NCBI GenBank assembly: GCA_051599415.1
Contig: AP039700.1
Coordinates: forward strand, 310,001 to 374,000
Reading direction: 5' to 3'
Length of the DNA: 64,000 bases
DNA from: Savitreella phatthalungensis
Lineage: Eukaryota
Made by a program: the position numbers and the translations under genes
In this document: piece after piece, positions 21,123 to 32,534 of the stretch
Layout of the letters: each line of letters opens with the position of its first letter
Position numbering within the stretch: position 1 is the first letter of the stretch
Notes under the pieces: model-generated
Databases searched by the model: none
What the model was told of the DNA's origin: nothing
What the model saw: the letters and a program-made list of their open reading frames with translations, nothing else

Positions 21123-23180
21123 CTAGATGGGTATGTCGACCCTGTCTGCGTACTTGCGAATGTCCGAGACCCAGTTCTCAGTAACCTCGTGCCCGTTGCC
21201 CGCGACCACCTTGCCGATCAAAAGTGACAACTCGGGCCGGCCCAAAATGTCGACGTGGTCGGCAGTCTTCGGACCACCCCGAATATCAAACGTGTCTTCC
21301 TCGTGAGCCATCTCGACCACCTTGACCGGTGCTCCTGCAGGGTTATAGCGCGTGACGCCTCGCCACCCGCGAGCACACATGTACCCACTCGACAGCAGAG
21401 AGACCGTCCCATCGCCCTCGCCCATCCGGACACCCTTGTCCGTGCCGTCGGCTGCTGTCGAGACGGTCGGGTCGATCTGGACCGCTCGTGGGAAGGGGAT
21501 GTGGAGTGGGGGTGTGATGGTTTTGTTCCGAGTGAGGTTGTCCGCTCGCGTCACGTCGTCCTCCAGCATGTCCCTCCGTAGTGATGCGGGTCCGTCGACC
21601 GACGACTGCTCGTAGAAGTACGTGCGCTCCGTGGGTTTGCCCACGCCGTAGAAGCAGTAAATCTTCAGATTTGGGGCGTATGGGAGGGAGACCTCCAGCG
21701 GGTTGATCCATTTGGACGGGTCCCGATCGTTGCGCTCTACTTCGCGCTGCGTGAGCGCGACACCGTGGGAGTAGTTGAGTGAGAGCATCCGGTGGAAATC
21801 TGGGGTGGTGTGCTCCAGCAGATAGTCGAACGCTCCCGACATGGTCATGTTGTCGCGGCGTGGGAGGGAGGCGTCTTCCCTGGCGAGCGCCTCCTGTGGC
21901 GGGGCATCTGCGTCGTCCTTGAATCGGATGAATTGGCCAAAGGTGGTGCCATTCTGGTCGTCCCGGTCGTCCGGGGCACTTTTGGTGGTGCCCCACACGC
22001 GGTCGCCGCCCTTTGGCAGCATGGAGGAGATGCCTGGCATGGTACGGAGGATCGCAGCCCTCTCCTTCTTTGAAAAAAATGCCTCGAGGCCGTAGACCGC
22101 CAGCGCATTCAGCTGTGCGGTGTCCTTCATTTCGCCAGAGAGAAGTGCAGCGACCGTTTTTGGCGCGCCCAGCATGCTGCCGGAGATGTTGATCCAGCTG
22201 TCGATGTGGTCGTCGACCCAGGTCGAGCCGCCACTCCCAAATTGATCGCCCTCAGCCTCGACCCACTTGAAGAAGTAGAATATGACCTGGGAACCCATAG
22301 AGTGGGAGACCAGGACAGTCTTCTTGCCAGACAGCTTGACGGCCGTCTCGATGTGCATCTTCAGCTTTGAGAAGTAGCCGTCACGGTGCTCGAGATTGCT
22401 GAAGCTCAGACGCCAGTCGTACGATGCAGTGAACATGTTGCCCGGCTCCCCACCGATTGCAGAAAGATTCTCGAGGATCTTGTTCCAGATCCAGTATCCC
22501 GTGATGAAAAAGTCGCTGGCGTCGAAGCTTGCGGCCGCTCGCAGCTTGCAGCACTCCGGGTCCAGCCCGGTGACTGGGTCGAGGGAGATGGCCCGCATCC
22601 AGTACGGCTTGTCCGTGAGCATGGCCCTGATCATGTTCCAAGATCCCCAGAGACGTTTGCGGTAGTACGGTGCTGCTGGTCCGTCCGTGATCCAGGACTC
22701 GAGACCGGTCGAGATGACTCCGGGGATCATGACGGTGGCCAGGTCGAGGTGGTACCCTTCCTTCTTGAGCTTGCGTCCCACAGCGAAGGAGTCTGCGGTG
22801 GCCGCTTCCTGCCTGCGCTGAGAAATCTTCTGTGCCTCCATCACGACGGATGCCGGCATATGCGCGGACAGGTCATCGAAGAACTCAGCCATCGCGCCGT
22901 CGGCAAAGTTGATCTGTGCGGCACCGTACCACATGGCGATCCCTGCACCTAGCAGGCCACCCAGCAGAAACACCCATTTCTTTGACCACTTCTTATTCGT
23001 GACTTTCTTTAGTCGCTGGACACTTGCCGACCGGGACAGTCGTGTGATTGGATCTGGTCTCTTGGCCTGAAGAGTCTTTGGTTTCTCCTTGAGCTGGGTG
23101 TCGTCCTGTTCATCTGGGGAGTGATCTGGTGCTGGATCTGCATGATCTGCGGCAGCTCCTGCTCTTGTCCTACGGAGCAT
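21123..23180 (-). CDS. LRO1: Phospholipid:diacylglycerol acyltransferase (LCAT family)
   Basis: N-terminal basic region plus TM helix; IPGVISTGLESW, YDWRL, VSHSMG nucleophile motif, GEGDGTV, HVDILG. Confidence 0.95.
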   Translation of the reverse strand: MLRRTRAGAAADHADPAPDHSPDEQDDTQLKEKPKTLQAKRPDPITRLSRSASVQRLKKVTNKKWSKKWVFLLGGLLGAGIAMWYGAAQINFADGAMAEFFDDLSAHMPASVVMEAQKISQRRQEAATADSFAVGRKLKKEGYHLDLATVMIPGVISTGLESWITDGPAAPYYRKRLWGSWNMIRAMLTDKPYWMRAISLDPVTGLDPECCKLRAAASFDASDFFITGYWIWNKILENLSAIGGEPGNMFTASYDWRLSFSNLEHRDGYFSKLKMHIETAVKLSGKKTVLVSHSMGSQVIFYFFKWVEAEGDQFGSGGSTWVDDHIDSWINISGSMLGAPKTVAALLSGEMKDTAQLNALAVYGLEAFFSKKERAAILRTMPGISSMLPKGGDRVWGTTKSAPDDRDDQNGTTFGQFIRFKDDADAPPQEALAREDASLPRRDNMTMSGAFDYLLEHTTPDFHRMLSLNYSHGVALTQREVERNDRDPSKWINPLEVSLPYAPNLKIYCFYGVGKPTERTYFYEQSSVDGPASLRRDMLEDDVTRADNLTRNKTITPPLHIPFPRAVQIDPTVSTAADGTDKGVRMGEGDGTVSLLSSGYMCARGWRGVTRYNPAGAPVKVVEMAHEEDTFDIRGGPKTADHVDILGRPELSLLIGKVVAGNGHEVTENWVSDIRKYADRVDIPI

Positions 23181-25951
23181 AATAGCAGGATGCTTTCCTT
23201 GCCTGTCCTCCAGCTGTGGTCTGTACTGCTGTCGATGAAGGATAAATGCTACAGAGACTTGTGCATGCCAAAAAGACGAGTGGATACCTATGACATCGTC
23301 CTTTGGTTTAGATGAACTCGAATATGCAGTGCTGTATCCACGACGTCGGATATGGAAAATGTGTCAGATTGATATAGTCGGTATGAATTCATAGCAAAAT
23401 AGAAAATTGAGATTAGATTTTAGATTAAAATAAATTATCACAGATCGAGAGAGGCGGAGAGAAGATGTGTGGACCAACACGTGACTCTAGCGCCTGAAAC
23501 ATTCCTGACCTGTCTATCTGGTATTCATTTGTTGAGGTATTTGAGTAGTGAATTAATCGATCGAATGTACATACTCAACTGATCAATTTTAAACACAATT
23601 TTTACGCCGCCACGAGTGTGAGGTATCTTCAGTAGATAGCTCGTGGGTCCATGGCAAGATCTTTCGAAGGGCTGGATGCAGAACAGCCTCTCCAATGGCT
23701 CTACTTAATACAAGAACCAAAATGAGTCTCTTTTACTCCGTGAAGCACCCACTGCCACCGTGCATCTGAGTGACTGTCTGCAAGGAATGCAATTGGCCAC
23801 ACAAAGAGACTCGACTTTGTACTTGATAATTGTTTCTAACATGGTCAGATGATCTGTAGGATGTGAGTCTCCTGAGGATTGTGGCAAGAAGCAGCATCAG
23901 CAGAATTCCTGATCGATTCGACGTGCTCGCCTAAGCGCATCTTCAATTCAAGTGACGAGGCTACCCGCGTGCATTGAGCCATAGATCCAGGTTTCTACCC
24001 ATGCTGTCGTTCATAGCCAGTGTGGTCGGCACCGAGTTACGGCATCTTGGCGGATGCACAGCCGTTGTGGTAATTATTCCAAGGCGCTTCAGATACAAAC
24101 TTTTGCGCTTTTTCTGCACATTATCGAACTTAGGCAGAATAATCTGTGTTCTCATTGCCAATCAGAGACCAGTTTGCCAGGTTTATTCGACCAGTAGCGG
24201 CGCAACTGTTGGAGTGACCTCGGAGACATCTCGACAGGACGCATAAGTGTGTCACACACGCGCCATAGTAATCTACAGCGGCATAGCGTGACAATGAGCA
24301 CTTGCAAAAAGTCTGTCTTCTGGTGTCTCGCAATGCGGGAGTCAGATGGGATAGGCCAGTTAGAATACATGAAGGGTTCCACTGACGAGGCTTTACTGCA
24401 GAGCTCAGGCGATTTACCACACATCGAAGCGTTGGTGCATGATATCAGCAGTCCCTGAGCAAGCCCTAAACGATCAGAAAATCTGCATGTTTGCCCGCGA
24501 GGTGGAGAAATATTGGCACGCTTACTTGACGCCCTGACTGGATAGCGCATCGGTGGCAGAAGAAGAGGAGTAACTCTTGCAGTGCCACTTCAAGCGTAGA
24601 TTGCGTTTCCAGGCACGTTGATTGGTGACTCTGGTCCGGTGAGGCGTTCAGATTTTTCATGCCCATTGTGACAGCTCCTGGCTTTGTCAGAGCTGAAAAT
24701 GCATTCAAAAGACAGACCCAGGAGAAGCTCTCCATGGGAGAGTCTGATTTGCATATGCAAGGCGACGTAAATCTAAGTCTGATCACGGATAAAGATCGTA
24801 AGGGTTATTTTAGCTTGTGGCCAATCTACCTCATTTCCACAGAACTGTCCATGTTTCCTACCCAGGGCTTCTTCTGACCTGTCGTATTATCGGCTCCAGA
24901 CCAGCTTGACAATCCACAGTCGCGTGATGATCAGCGGGTCAAATAGAGTCTGCCTGTGTAGCTGGTACTGGAGAAGAAATTTATTAAAAGAGTGCTACCA
25001 ATATTATACTGCTCTCTGACCTACCATGTGCTTCCAGTTTGACTTTCTCGCGGGTCGAAATGTGCTGGCTTGGTTTTGATCTGACATGTTCTCCTGCAGA
25101 TTTCTCCACCCTTTCATCCTGCAAACCCAAATTTGGTCTGGCCTGGTTTATATTTGGCTGTCTGAGTGTGTTGGAATAGGCTGCAATATGGTTGGTGCAG
25201 CGGTCCAGGCGAGCGTTAGAGCGGCGAGCAGATAAAGAATCAATCAACCTGTCGGGTCAATTGACCACTATATAGTTTACATTTCTCAAAAGCTTCAGTT
25301 CCAACATGAGCTTTAAATTTTCCAGAATTTAGATCCCAGCCTGATTTGATTCACTTCTCTGATTTTGTCCAATCTCTGTTTCTCTCTCTATCTCACTCTC
25401 ACTCACTCTCTCTCTCTCTCCATATCTAATTTTATCTATTTCTCTTTCTGTACACAGCTGTTCCTTCGGATCCTCTGAGTGGCCACCACACCCCCACGCT
25501 ATTTTTCACTCTACCTTTCCCAAAGCTAAATCAAAAGAACCGCCGCGGTATCGGGAGCCCCGGAGCCCGAAAGGGGGGACGTGCGGCTACCGGCTCACAC
25601 TCGTCTCATCTACAGCTCCAGCTCCAGGTTCAGGTCCAGCTCCAGCTCGTCTGACGAACGCCGAGCCAGAATCACACCTTTGCTCTCTCTCTCTCTGTAC
25701 CAACGGCCTCAACGGCAGAGAGGAGTATCTTGATCATATCGACACCGAAAAAACACATCACTTCCAAGACATCTGTACCTATTCTTTTATCCGCTTCTTA
25801 GGTCTTCTCGATCAGTTGCCGGCCTGTCAGCTCCTGTCATTGGCACTCGCCCGAAGCTAAATCTCCAGAACCAGATTCTGTCAGAGGCCTAACACTTCGA
25901 TTTCTTCCACTGAAAATCCCCCTTGAAAGACGCACATACACTGGTCCAACA

Positions 25952-28060
25952 ATGTCCGAGCTCATTCGTGGCGAGAACCAATGGCAGATGTACCGCAAGT
26001 TCGTCGGAGCCAAGATTTATTACCGCGGCTTCACCGAGGAAGTCGTCTCTCAGGTTCTGGCTACCCCTCAGGTCGAGGCAAAGATCGACCAAGTCGCTCG
26101 AAAACGCAATGTCAAGCGCAGCGTTGTCCGTGCACAGGCACGTAAGCAGGTCGAGTTCTTTGTCGCTCGTTTGGAATCGCACAAGTTTATCCGATTCGCA
26201 GCATGGTCGGTCGGTGGACTGATGAAGTCGGTTTACGACCAGGGCGTCTGGGTGGACGAAGGAGAGATCAAGCGTCTGAAGGAGACTGCTCGTATCGCCG
26301 GTCTCAAGAAACAGAGTCTGATCTTCCTGCCCTGTCATCGTTCGCACATCGACTACGTCTCCCTCCAGCTCATCTACTTTCAGCTCGGACTCTCGCTGCC
26401 CAACATCGTCGCTGGCGACAACCTCAACTTCCCACTCGTAGGTCCTTTCCTCCAGAATGCAGGTGCCTTCTGGATCAAGCGCGAGACGCCGACAGAGGAG
26501 ATCAACCCGCTCTACCCGACCCTGATGTCGGGCTACATCGATACCCTCATGTCCCGCGGGCTCAACTACGAGTGCTTCATCGAGGGTGGACGGTCGCGCA
26601 CGGGCAAGATGCTGCCGCCCAAGTTCGGTATGCTGAAGCTGCTATGCGACAGTCTGCTGCGACTTGACCGCGACGCAATCATCATCCCAGTCTCCATCCA
26701 GTACGACAACGTGCTCGAGACTCAGTCATACGCCAACGAGCTGCTCGGTACGCCCAAGACGAAGGAGTCACTCTCTTCCTTCTTCGCAGCCCGCAAGGTG
26801 CTCGGTCTCCGCATGGGTCGCATCGACGCCCGATTCGGCAAGGGTTTCAACGTGCGCGACTACATTCGCGACTCGGAGCGTGACCTCGGTTTTGATCTCT
26901 CGAAACCAGGTTCCGACGAGCGTGCGGTGTTCAATCAGAACAGTGTCAAGATTCTCCGCAGTCTGGGATACAAGGTCCTGAACGACATCAACGACGTCTC
27001 GGTCGTCATGCCGACTGCGCTCGTTGGCACCATCTTGCTCACGATCCGTGGCCGTGGCGTGGGCAAGTCGGAGTTTGTGCGACGCATGGCCTGGCTGACG
27101 GAGAAGATCCGTGCCAAGGGCAGTCGCGTTGCATCCATCGACGACTACGAAGCTGTGTTTGAGAAGGCAATCAGCGTGCTTGGACCTCTTGTCGGCATCC
27201 GCAAGGACCTGATCGAGGAGACATACTACGCCGCCGACAGATTCCGGATCTCGTACTTCCGCAACCAGGTCATCCACCTGTTCATCTCCGAGGCCATCAT
27301 CTGTGTGGCCCTGTACGCAAAGGTCAAGGCCGGTGGTGCTCACGAACAGCAGCGCATGTCCAAGGACGAGCTCCATGAACGCACATCTTTCCTCTCCCGC
27401 ATTCTCAAGGCCGAATTCATCTACAACGCTCAAGGCATTGAGCGCAACATGGCAGACGCGCTTCAGCAGCTCGAGCGCGATGGTGTTGTCCACATCACAG
27501 ACGACTACGTCGAGTTGTCTGAGCGAGAGCGTCACGGCGGTCGTGAGAATTTCGACTTTTACTGCTTCCTGCTCTGGCCGTTCGTGGAGACATACTGGTT
27601 TGCAGCAGTCTGCCTGTTCTCCCTCACGCCACACTCGTCGACTTCAGGCGCAGTGCTCGTGACGGACTTTGAAAAGCTGACGCAGACGTTGGGCAAGACG
27701 CTATTCTACCAGGGCGATCTCTCCTATATCACCGCCATCTCAAAGGACACCCTCCAGAATGCAGTCCAGTTTTACGCGACCATCGGCGCCGTCAAGCTGA
27801 TCCGCGGCGCCAGAAGAAAGGACGGCAGACTCGAGCTCTCTCCTAGCTGGATTCCAACACGTGACTCCACCGATGGCAGTGTGGAGAAGGCTGGCAAGCT
27901 TTGGGATCTGTGTGAACAGATTGCGGTGCTTCGCAGGGAGGGCAAGAACAGACGCGACAACGAGACTGTTGGCAGGCGTGTCATCAACCTGGTCGATCAA
28001 CAAGGCGCTGAACTTCAAAAATCCTCCTTGGTCGGAGGAGATAAGCGCGCCAAGTTGTGA
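25952..28060 (+). CDS. GPAT/DHAPAT-family acyltransferase (PlsB/GNPAT-like) with PTS1
   Basis: CHRSHIDY (HX4D), GAFWIKR, FIEGGRSRTGK, IIPVSIQYD; C-terminal AKL. Confidence 0.92.
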   Translation: MSELIRGENQWQMYRKFVGAKIYYRGFTEEVVSQVLATPQVEAKIDQVARKRNVKRSVVRAQARKQVEFFVARLESHKFIRFAAWSVGGLMKSVYDQGVWVDEGEIKRLKETARIAGLKKQSLIFLPCHRSHIDYVSLQLIYFQLGLSLPNIVAGDNLNFPLVGPFLQNAGAFWIKRETPTEEINPLYPTLMSGYIDTLMSRGLNYECFIEGGRSRTGKMLPPKFGMLKLLCDSLLRLDRDAIIIPVSIQYDNVLETQSYANELLGTPKTKESLSSFFAARKVLGLRMGRIDARFGKGFNVRDYIRDSERDLGFDLSKPGSDERAVFNQNSVKILRSLGYKVLNDINDVSVVMPTALVGTILLTIRGRGVGKSEFVRRMAWLTEKIRAKGSRVASIDDYEAVFEKAISVLGPLVGIRKDLIEETYYAADRFRISYFRNQVIHLFISEAIICVALYAKVKAGGAHEQQRMSKDELHERTSFLSRILKAEFIYNAQGIERNMADALQQLERDGVVHITDDYVELSERERHGGRENFDFYCFLLWPFVETYWFAAVCLFSLTPHSSTSGAVLVTDFEKLTQTLGKTLFYQGDLSYITAISKDTLQNAVQFYATIGAVKLIRGARRKDGRLELSPSWIPTRDSTDGSVEKAGKLWDLCEQIAVLRREGKNRRDNETVGRRVINLVDQQGAELQKSSLVGGDKRAKL

Positions 28061-28680
28061 GTCGAAGAGCATCTGTCACCAAGAGAAGAACAGCAAGAGC
28101 GAGAGCAACAGCATATTGTTTATTCGGGGGGTTGTATAGAAGTGTAGTGATAATAGAAGCATCCATCTGAACCTGCCACTGCCGTCCTCCTGATAGGATT
28201 GGCATGTCAGCACGACAAAGGGTGTCACGTGCTACTATCCTTGCTGGTTTGTACTCGACTTCTAGAAAGGCAGATTGATCACTTCCGAATCAGTCTGATC
28301 GACTTTCGGATCTGCCGTATTCAGTTGCAAATTCATCAGGATATCGAAACAAACCAAAAGCTTCAATCAATCTAAATGATTATTAGTAATTCAAGATTCG
28401 ATTCAATGCTCATTTGTTTGGTTCCGAATGATGACCTGTCAACCGTTGACGTCAGCCGATGATCAGTGAATCAATTCAACCTGCAAATCTACAGGGGAAC
28501 AGATATTGAGGTTGTGACCTTGACCTTCAGCACAGGCTCACAGCCTCACGCTCAACCACATTCTGGACTCTCCGACACAACATACACACAGACACCGACA
28601 CACCAGCTGGCATTCACACCCGTTCACCATTGCAGAAGAAGAAGCAGCAACATCTTCAAACATTAAACCAATCTCTGAAC

Positions 28681-29436
28681 ATGTCTGCAAACACAAACAA
28701 GGCCTGCTGCTCGATCCCGCCAGTCAAGTCTGACTATCAGCCAAAGGGCGACTACGAAGAGTACGCTGGACTGAAGACGTACGTGACTGGTGACCGAAAC
28801 TCGAAGAATGTGATTGTGATCATCTACGACATCTTCGGGTTTGCACCACAGACACAGCAGGGTGCTGATATTCTGGGTGACCAGGGATTCCTGGTGTTTA
28901 TGCCTGACTTCTTCAAGGGGTCGCCTCTGCCGCAATCCTTGTACCCACCCAAGACGGACGAGGACAAGCAGAAGGTCCAGGACTTCTTCGCTGGCCCTGC
29001 AGCACCGCCAAGCAACCTGACTGCCTTGTCGGAATTTGCGGCTGCGTCGTCGAAGAAGTACACGCAGGTCCGCAACCACGGCATCCTCGGGTTTTGCTGG
29101 GGCGGAAAGATTGCGACGCTCGCGTCAGACAAGCGTGATGTGTTCAAGGGCACAGCAGTCGTCCACCCGGCCATGGTCGACCCGAACGACGCCAAGAACA
29201 TCACGAACCCTTACCTCCTGCTAGCGTCCAAGGACGAGCCGGCAGACGACATCAAGGCGTTCGAGCAAGCCCTCCCAGACGACGTTCGTGCAAAGTCGAC
29301 CGTCAAGACTTACGGCGATATGCACCACGGCTGGGCAGCAGCACGCGCAGACCTCAACAACGATGACAACAAGAAGCGATTTGGTGAGGCCTGGGAGGAA
29401 GTTGCTAACTTCTTCCTCAAGACTGTCGCTGCTTAG
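28681..29436 (+). CDS. Dienelactone hydrolase family protein
   Basis: ACCSIPPV N-terminus, YDIFG, GFCWG nucleophile elbow, MHHGW. First ATG at 28681. Confidence 0.92.
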   Translation: MSANTNKACCSIPPVKSDYQPKGDYEEYAGLKTYVTGDRNSKNVIVIIYDIFGFAPQTQQGADILGDQGFLVFMPDFFKGSPLPQSLYPPKTDEDKQKVQDFFAGPAAPPSNLTALSEFAAASSKKYTQVRNHGILGFCWGGKIATLASDKRDVFKGTAVVHPAMVDPNDAKNITNPYLLLASKDEPADDIKAFEQALPDDVRAKSTVKTYGDMHHGWAAARADLNNDDNKKRFGEAWEEVANFFLKTVAA

Positions 29437-29544
29437 AAAGAAGAGCTACGAAAGGTTTAGTCGAAAAAAGTCATTTCATTTGCCTATATTCGTATCGTGT
29501 ATGTGTGTGTGTGGTCGTAGAGATTGAGAGATAAGTGGTTGTGA

Positions 29545-30189
29545 TTAGGCGACGATGATGCGGCGCTTGAGCTCGGCCGGTTGGTGTTTTGGGACGTGTA
29601 GTGAGAGTAGTCCGTCTGCGTGGGTAGCCTTGATGGCGTCAGGTCTGATGGCGAGCTGGTGGAACGAGATCGTCCTCTCAAACACACCCACTGCAATCTC
29701 CTTCGACACCGACCTGTACTCAACCTCGCCATCCTCCTTCCTCGTCGCAGCAACCACCTCCCGTGCAGGCTCCTCCTGGACAGCAACCTCCACATCACTG
29801 CCGTCCTCTACAGCGTCTGCGACGGTGACCGGCTTCGGCTGTGGGGATGCTGGTGGATTAGCCCCGTTGACGGTCTGCTTGACGTGTCGCGGGCGAGAGG
29901 TGCCAGAGACGGTGAGTCGATTGGATCGAGCATCGTACTCGACGTTGATCTCCTCCTTCGCTACACCAGGCAGCGCAATGTCGATCACCACTGCATCAGA
30001 ACCATCGTACAGGTCCACATCAGGCTGCCATGTCCGTTTCGCCGGCGTCACCTTGGTTGTAGTCGAGCTAGTAGGCCCACAGGAAGAGCGGTTCTTGCCA
30101 TTGAAGGCATCTGCAGTGCTCAGAGCCAGACCAATGACATCGGAGATGTCAAGCGGCTGGCGGTAGATGCTTTGGTATGCGTTCACCAT
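29545..30189 (-). CDS. Small heat shock protein (Hsp20/alpha-crystallin)
   Basis: PDVDLYD, LPGVAKEEINV, LTVSG, GVFERTI, ATHADGLLSLHVPK, C-terminal IIV motif. Confidence 0.92.
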   Translation of the reverse strand: MVNAYQSIYRQPLDISDVIGLALSTADAFNGKNRSSCGPTSSTTTKVTPAKRTWQPDVDLYDGSDAVVIDIALPGVAKEEINVEYDARSNRLTVSGTSRPRHVKQTVNGANPPASPQPKPVTVADAVEDGSDVEVAVQEEPAREVVAATRKEDGEVEYRSVSKEIAVGVFERTISFHQLAIRPDAIKATHADGLLSLHVPKHQPAELKRRIIVA

Positions 30190-30262
30190 GGTATCTGTGA
30201 TTGAGATGGTCGTGTTTGTCTTTTTGGAAACCGATGAAGACTACATGATGAGTGGATGAAGG

Positions 30263-30383
30263 CTCTTATAGTGCAGGGTCGACTAAGAGACGCGTGGCTG
30301 AGTGACTAATGTAGCATGTCCTCGACTTTTCTAGGACGTGCTCGATGGATCTGTGTGGGGAAAGTGCTCGAATATTCGAGAAC
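30263..30383 (-). promoter_or_regulatory. Hsp20 promoter: TATA-like box and heat shock element
   Basis: TATAAGAG on the minus strand at 30263-30270; perfect nGAAnnTTCnnGAAn (cGAAtaTTCgaGAAc) at 30369-30383. Confidence 0.8.
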
Positions 30384-31536
30384 GATATTGACTAATCGGG
30401 AAACATCCTTGTCACAATCATAGGGAGCGTTCAATTTAGCTCAGACTCATGAGCAGATGACAAAGCGATGATGACTTCATCCTCAATGCTTCCAGAAGGC
30501 TATGCCGACAGCAATCTACGATCGGATGGTCGTGGTGGTATAGATTGGTTCTCCGGGGATTTTTGTTCCAATTGGATGCCACGGAATGAATAAATCGAAA
30601 AGGCTGAGAGGAGCCCCACGGATGATGCACAATTAAGACACTGATGCACGAGCAGATAAAATTGAATGCACACACTCAATCCACCAAGCTGATGCAGGAA
30701 ATTCTCTCATTTTAATAATCACTTCCACTTCCACTTTCGCCTATGCACACAGGAACTTCTCCAGTCCACGGCAGAATCTTAGCAGTGGGATCAAACAATG
30801 CATGATCGAATCTACACTATATGGCTTGGGATTGGCTGGACCGTGAGCTCATGAGTTGAGTTGAAAAGCCCCAAGAAGCGCGTCACCATCGACTTGATAG
30901 AGGGAGAGCTTTCTGGACTCGATAACAATTGCAATACGGCAATTACCGCTCATCACTGTCATGAGGCCAAAGAAAAACAAGTCTTGTGGATTTACAAGAG
31001 TCTAGAAGGGAATGCTAATTGCTACGATAGGCGCTGAGCTGTTTCACAAGTGACGATAGGTAGAAGCTGCACATGCTCTTCCAGTAGCTGACTAGAAATG
31101 CCGAGCAATAGAAATTATCAAAGCCACCAACACCAATAGACTTAGTTCCCTCTCGACAACCAATTTACTTTGAATTTGCTTGAATTCGACCTAAATAATA
31201 GCGCATGCATACTATATTCTCCATTGATCGACAGACCGAATCCCTGGCTCAAACCTCGGAATTTCTATTAAGCACGATCGATTCTCATTCCCATTCAGAA
31301 TCGAGAGATACGAGCACGGGCACGAGCACGTTCATGAGCAACCTTCAGAATAGATCCCGCCCCGCATTAGAACATAAGTGCAATCTACAATCAATACCCA
31401 ACATCCTCCTTCATCCCCACACACAGACACACCTACACCCGTATACACACACTTGCACTCAATCACCAAGGAGCATATCTCGGAAGGAAGTCACTCACCC
31501 ACATCAGCTGCACTTCTCCTCCGCATTCTCCACTCC

Positions 31537-32433
31537 ATGCAGCCACAGACATCCACCCTCAAGTACTCGCGAATCCCATCGTCCGAATTCAACTTCTACA
31601 CACGTACTTGGACACCTCCAGCAGGTACACCCACACTCGCCACAGTCGTCTTCCAGCATGGATTCGCAGAGCACTGCGACCGGTACGCGCACGTGTTTGA
31701 GGCCTGCGCGAACCGCGGAATCGAGGTTTTCGCCTTCGATGGGCGTGGATTCGGTCAGAGTGCGGACGATAGCACTGCCGGTGTGAATGGTGGGTGGGCT
31801 CAGCAGATCAACGACCTCGACCGGTGGGTGTCTGAGAAGCGGCGATCTGATGTGCCGCAGTTCCTGTGGGGACACTCGATGGGCGGTGGGCTCGTGATCA
31901 AGTACGGTTTGGACGGTCCACACCGCGACAACCTCAAAGGCATCGTCGTCAGCGCACCCCTGCTCGAGCAGCACGACAGCGCAAAGCCATTCTGGGCAGT
32001 CCTCAAACTAGGCACCCTCGCATCAAAACTCCTCCCAGACCAGATCATCCCAGTCGCCGTACCAGTCAGAGACTGCACCCGCGACCCGGAAGCCATCGCT
32101 CTTGGAGAGAAGGACGTCCTGCTGCGCCAGAAGGGGTCCCTCAAGGGTATCTCCGACATGCTGCTTGGTGGCAAGTCGTTGATGGAGCCATCTGCTGCAA
32201 GGAGGTTCGACAAGCCTGTGCTGCTAGTCCACGGGACTGGGGATGTGGTCTGCAGCCACACGGCCAGTGCCAAGTGGTTCAGCCAGATCTCCTCCACCGA
32301 CAAGACTCACAAGCAGTACGATGGATACTTCCACGAGCCACACAACGACCTTGGCAGAGACGTCCCCATCAACGACTGTATCGACTGGATTCTATCGCGT
32401 GCAAAGCCATCACAGCCAGCCTCAAAACTCTAG
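31537..32433 (+). CDS. Monoacylglycerol lipase / lysophospholipase (Yju3-like alpha/beta hydrolase) with PTS1
   Basis: HGFAEH, FDGRGFGQS, GHSMGG, HGTGD, YDGYFHE; C-terminal SKL. First ATG at 31537. Confidence 0.9.
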   Translation: MQPQTSTLKYSRIPSSEFNFYTRTWTPPAGTPTLATVVFQHGFAEHCDRYAHVFEACANRGIEVFAFDGRGFGQSADDSTAGVNGGWAQQINDLDRWVSEKRRSDVPQFLWGHSMGGGLVIKYGLDGPHRDNLKGIVVSAPLLEQHDSAKPFWAVLKLGTLASKLLPDQIIPVAVPVRDCTRDPEAIALGEKDVLLRQKGSLKGISDMLLGGKSLMEPSAARRFDKPVLLVHGTGDVVCSHTASAKWFSQISSTDKTHKQYDGYFHEPHNDLGRDVPINDCIDWILSRAKPSQPASKL

Positions 32434-32534
32434 ATACAGCGACACCTATCATCATGAAATCTAATTAGAATGAAAAGTTACGTTTTCCCAAGATGCATCC
32501 TTCGCGTAATTGGTCGTGGGGCGTGTCACAGGGG

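Noticed and set aside
23600..24900. Possible pseudogene relic between LRO1 and the acyltransferase
   Set aside because: Composition looks coding-like, but I found no recognisable motif and no match elsewhere in the window; needs tBLASTx.
26768..27634. Long antisense ORFs (also 37705-38448, 55760-56614, 62449-63177, 29555-30204)
   Set aside because: Shadow frames of GC-rich, codon-biased real genes; no motifs of their own.
31378..31536. N-terminal extensions from non-ATG starts in the ORF track (also 28630, 37438, 58462, 60929, 61834)
   Set aside because: Family similarity begins at the first ATG; eukaryotic initiation at TTG/GTG is unlikely without evidence.
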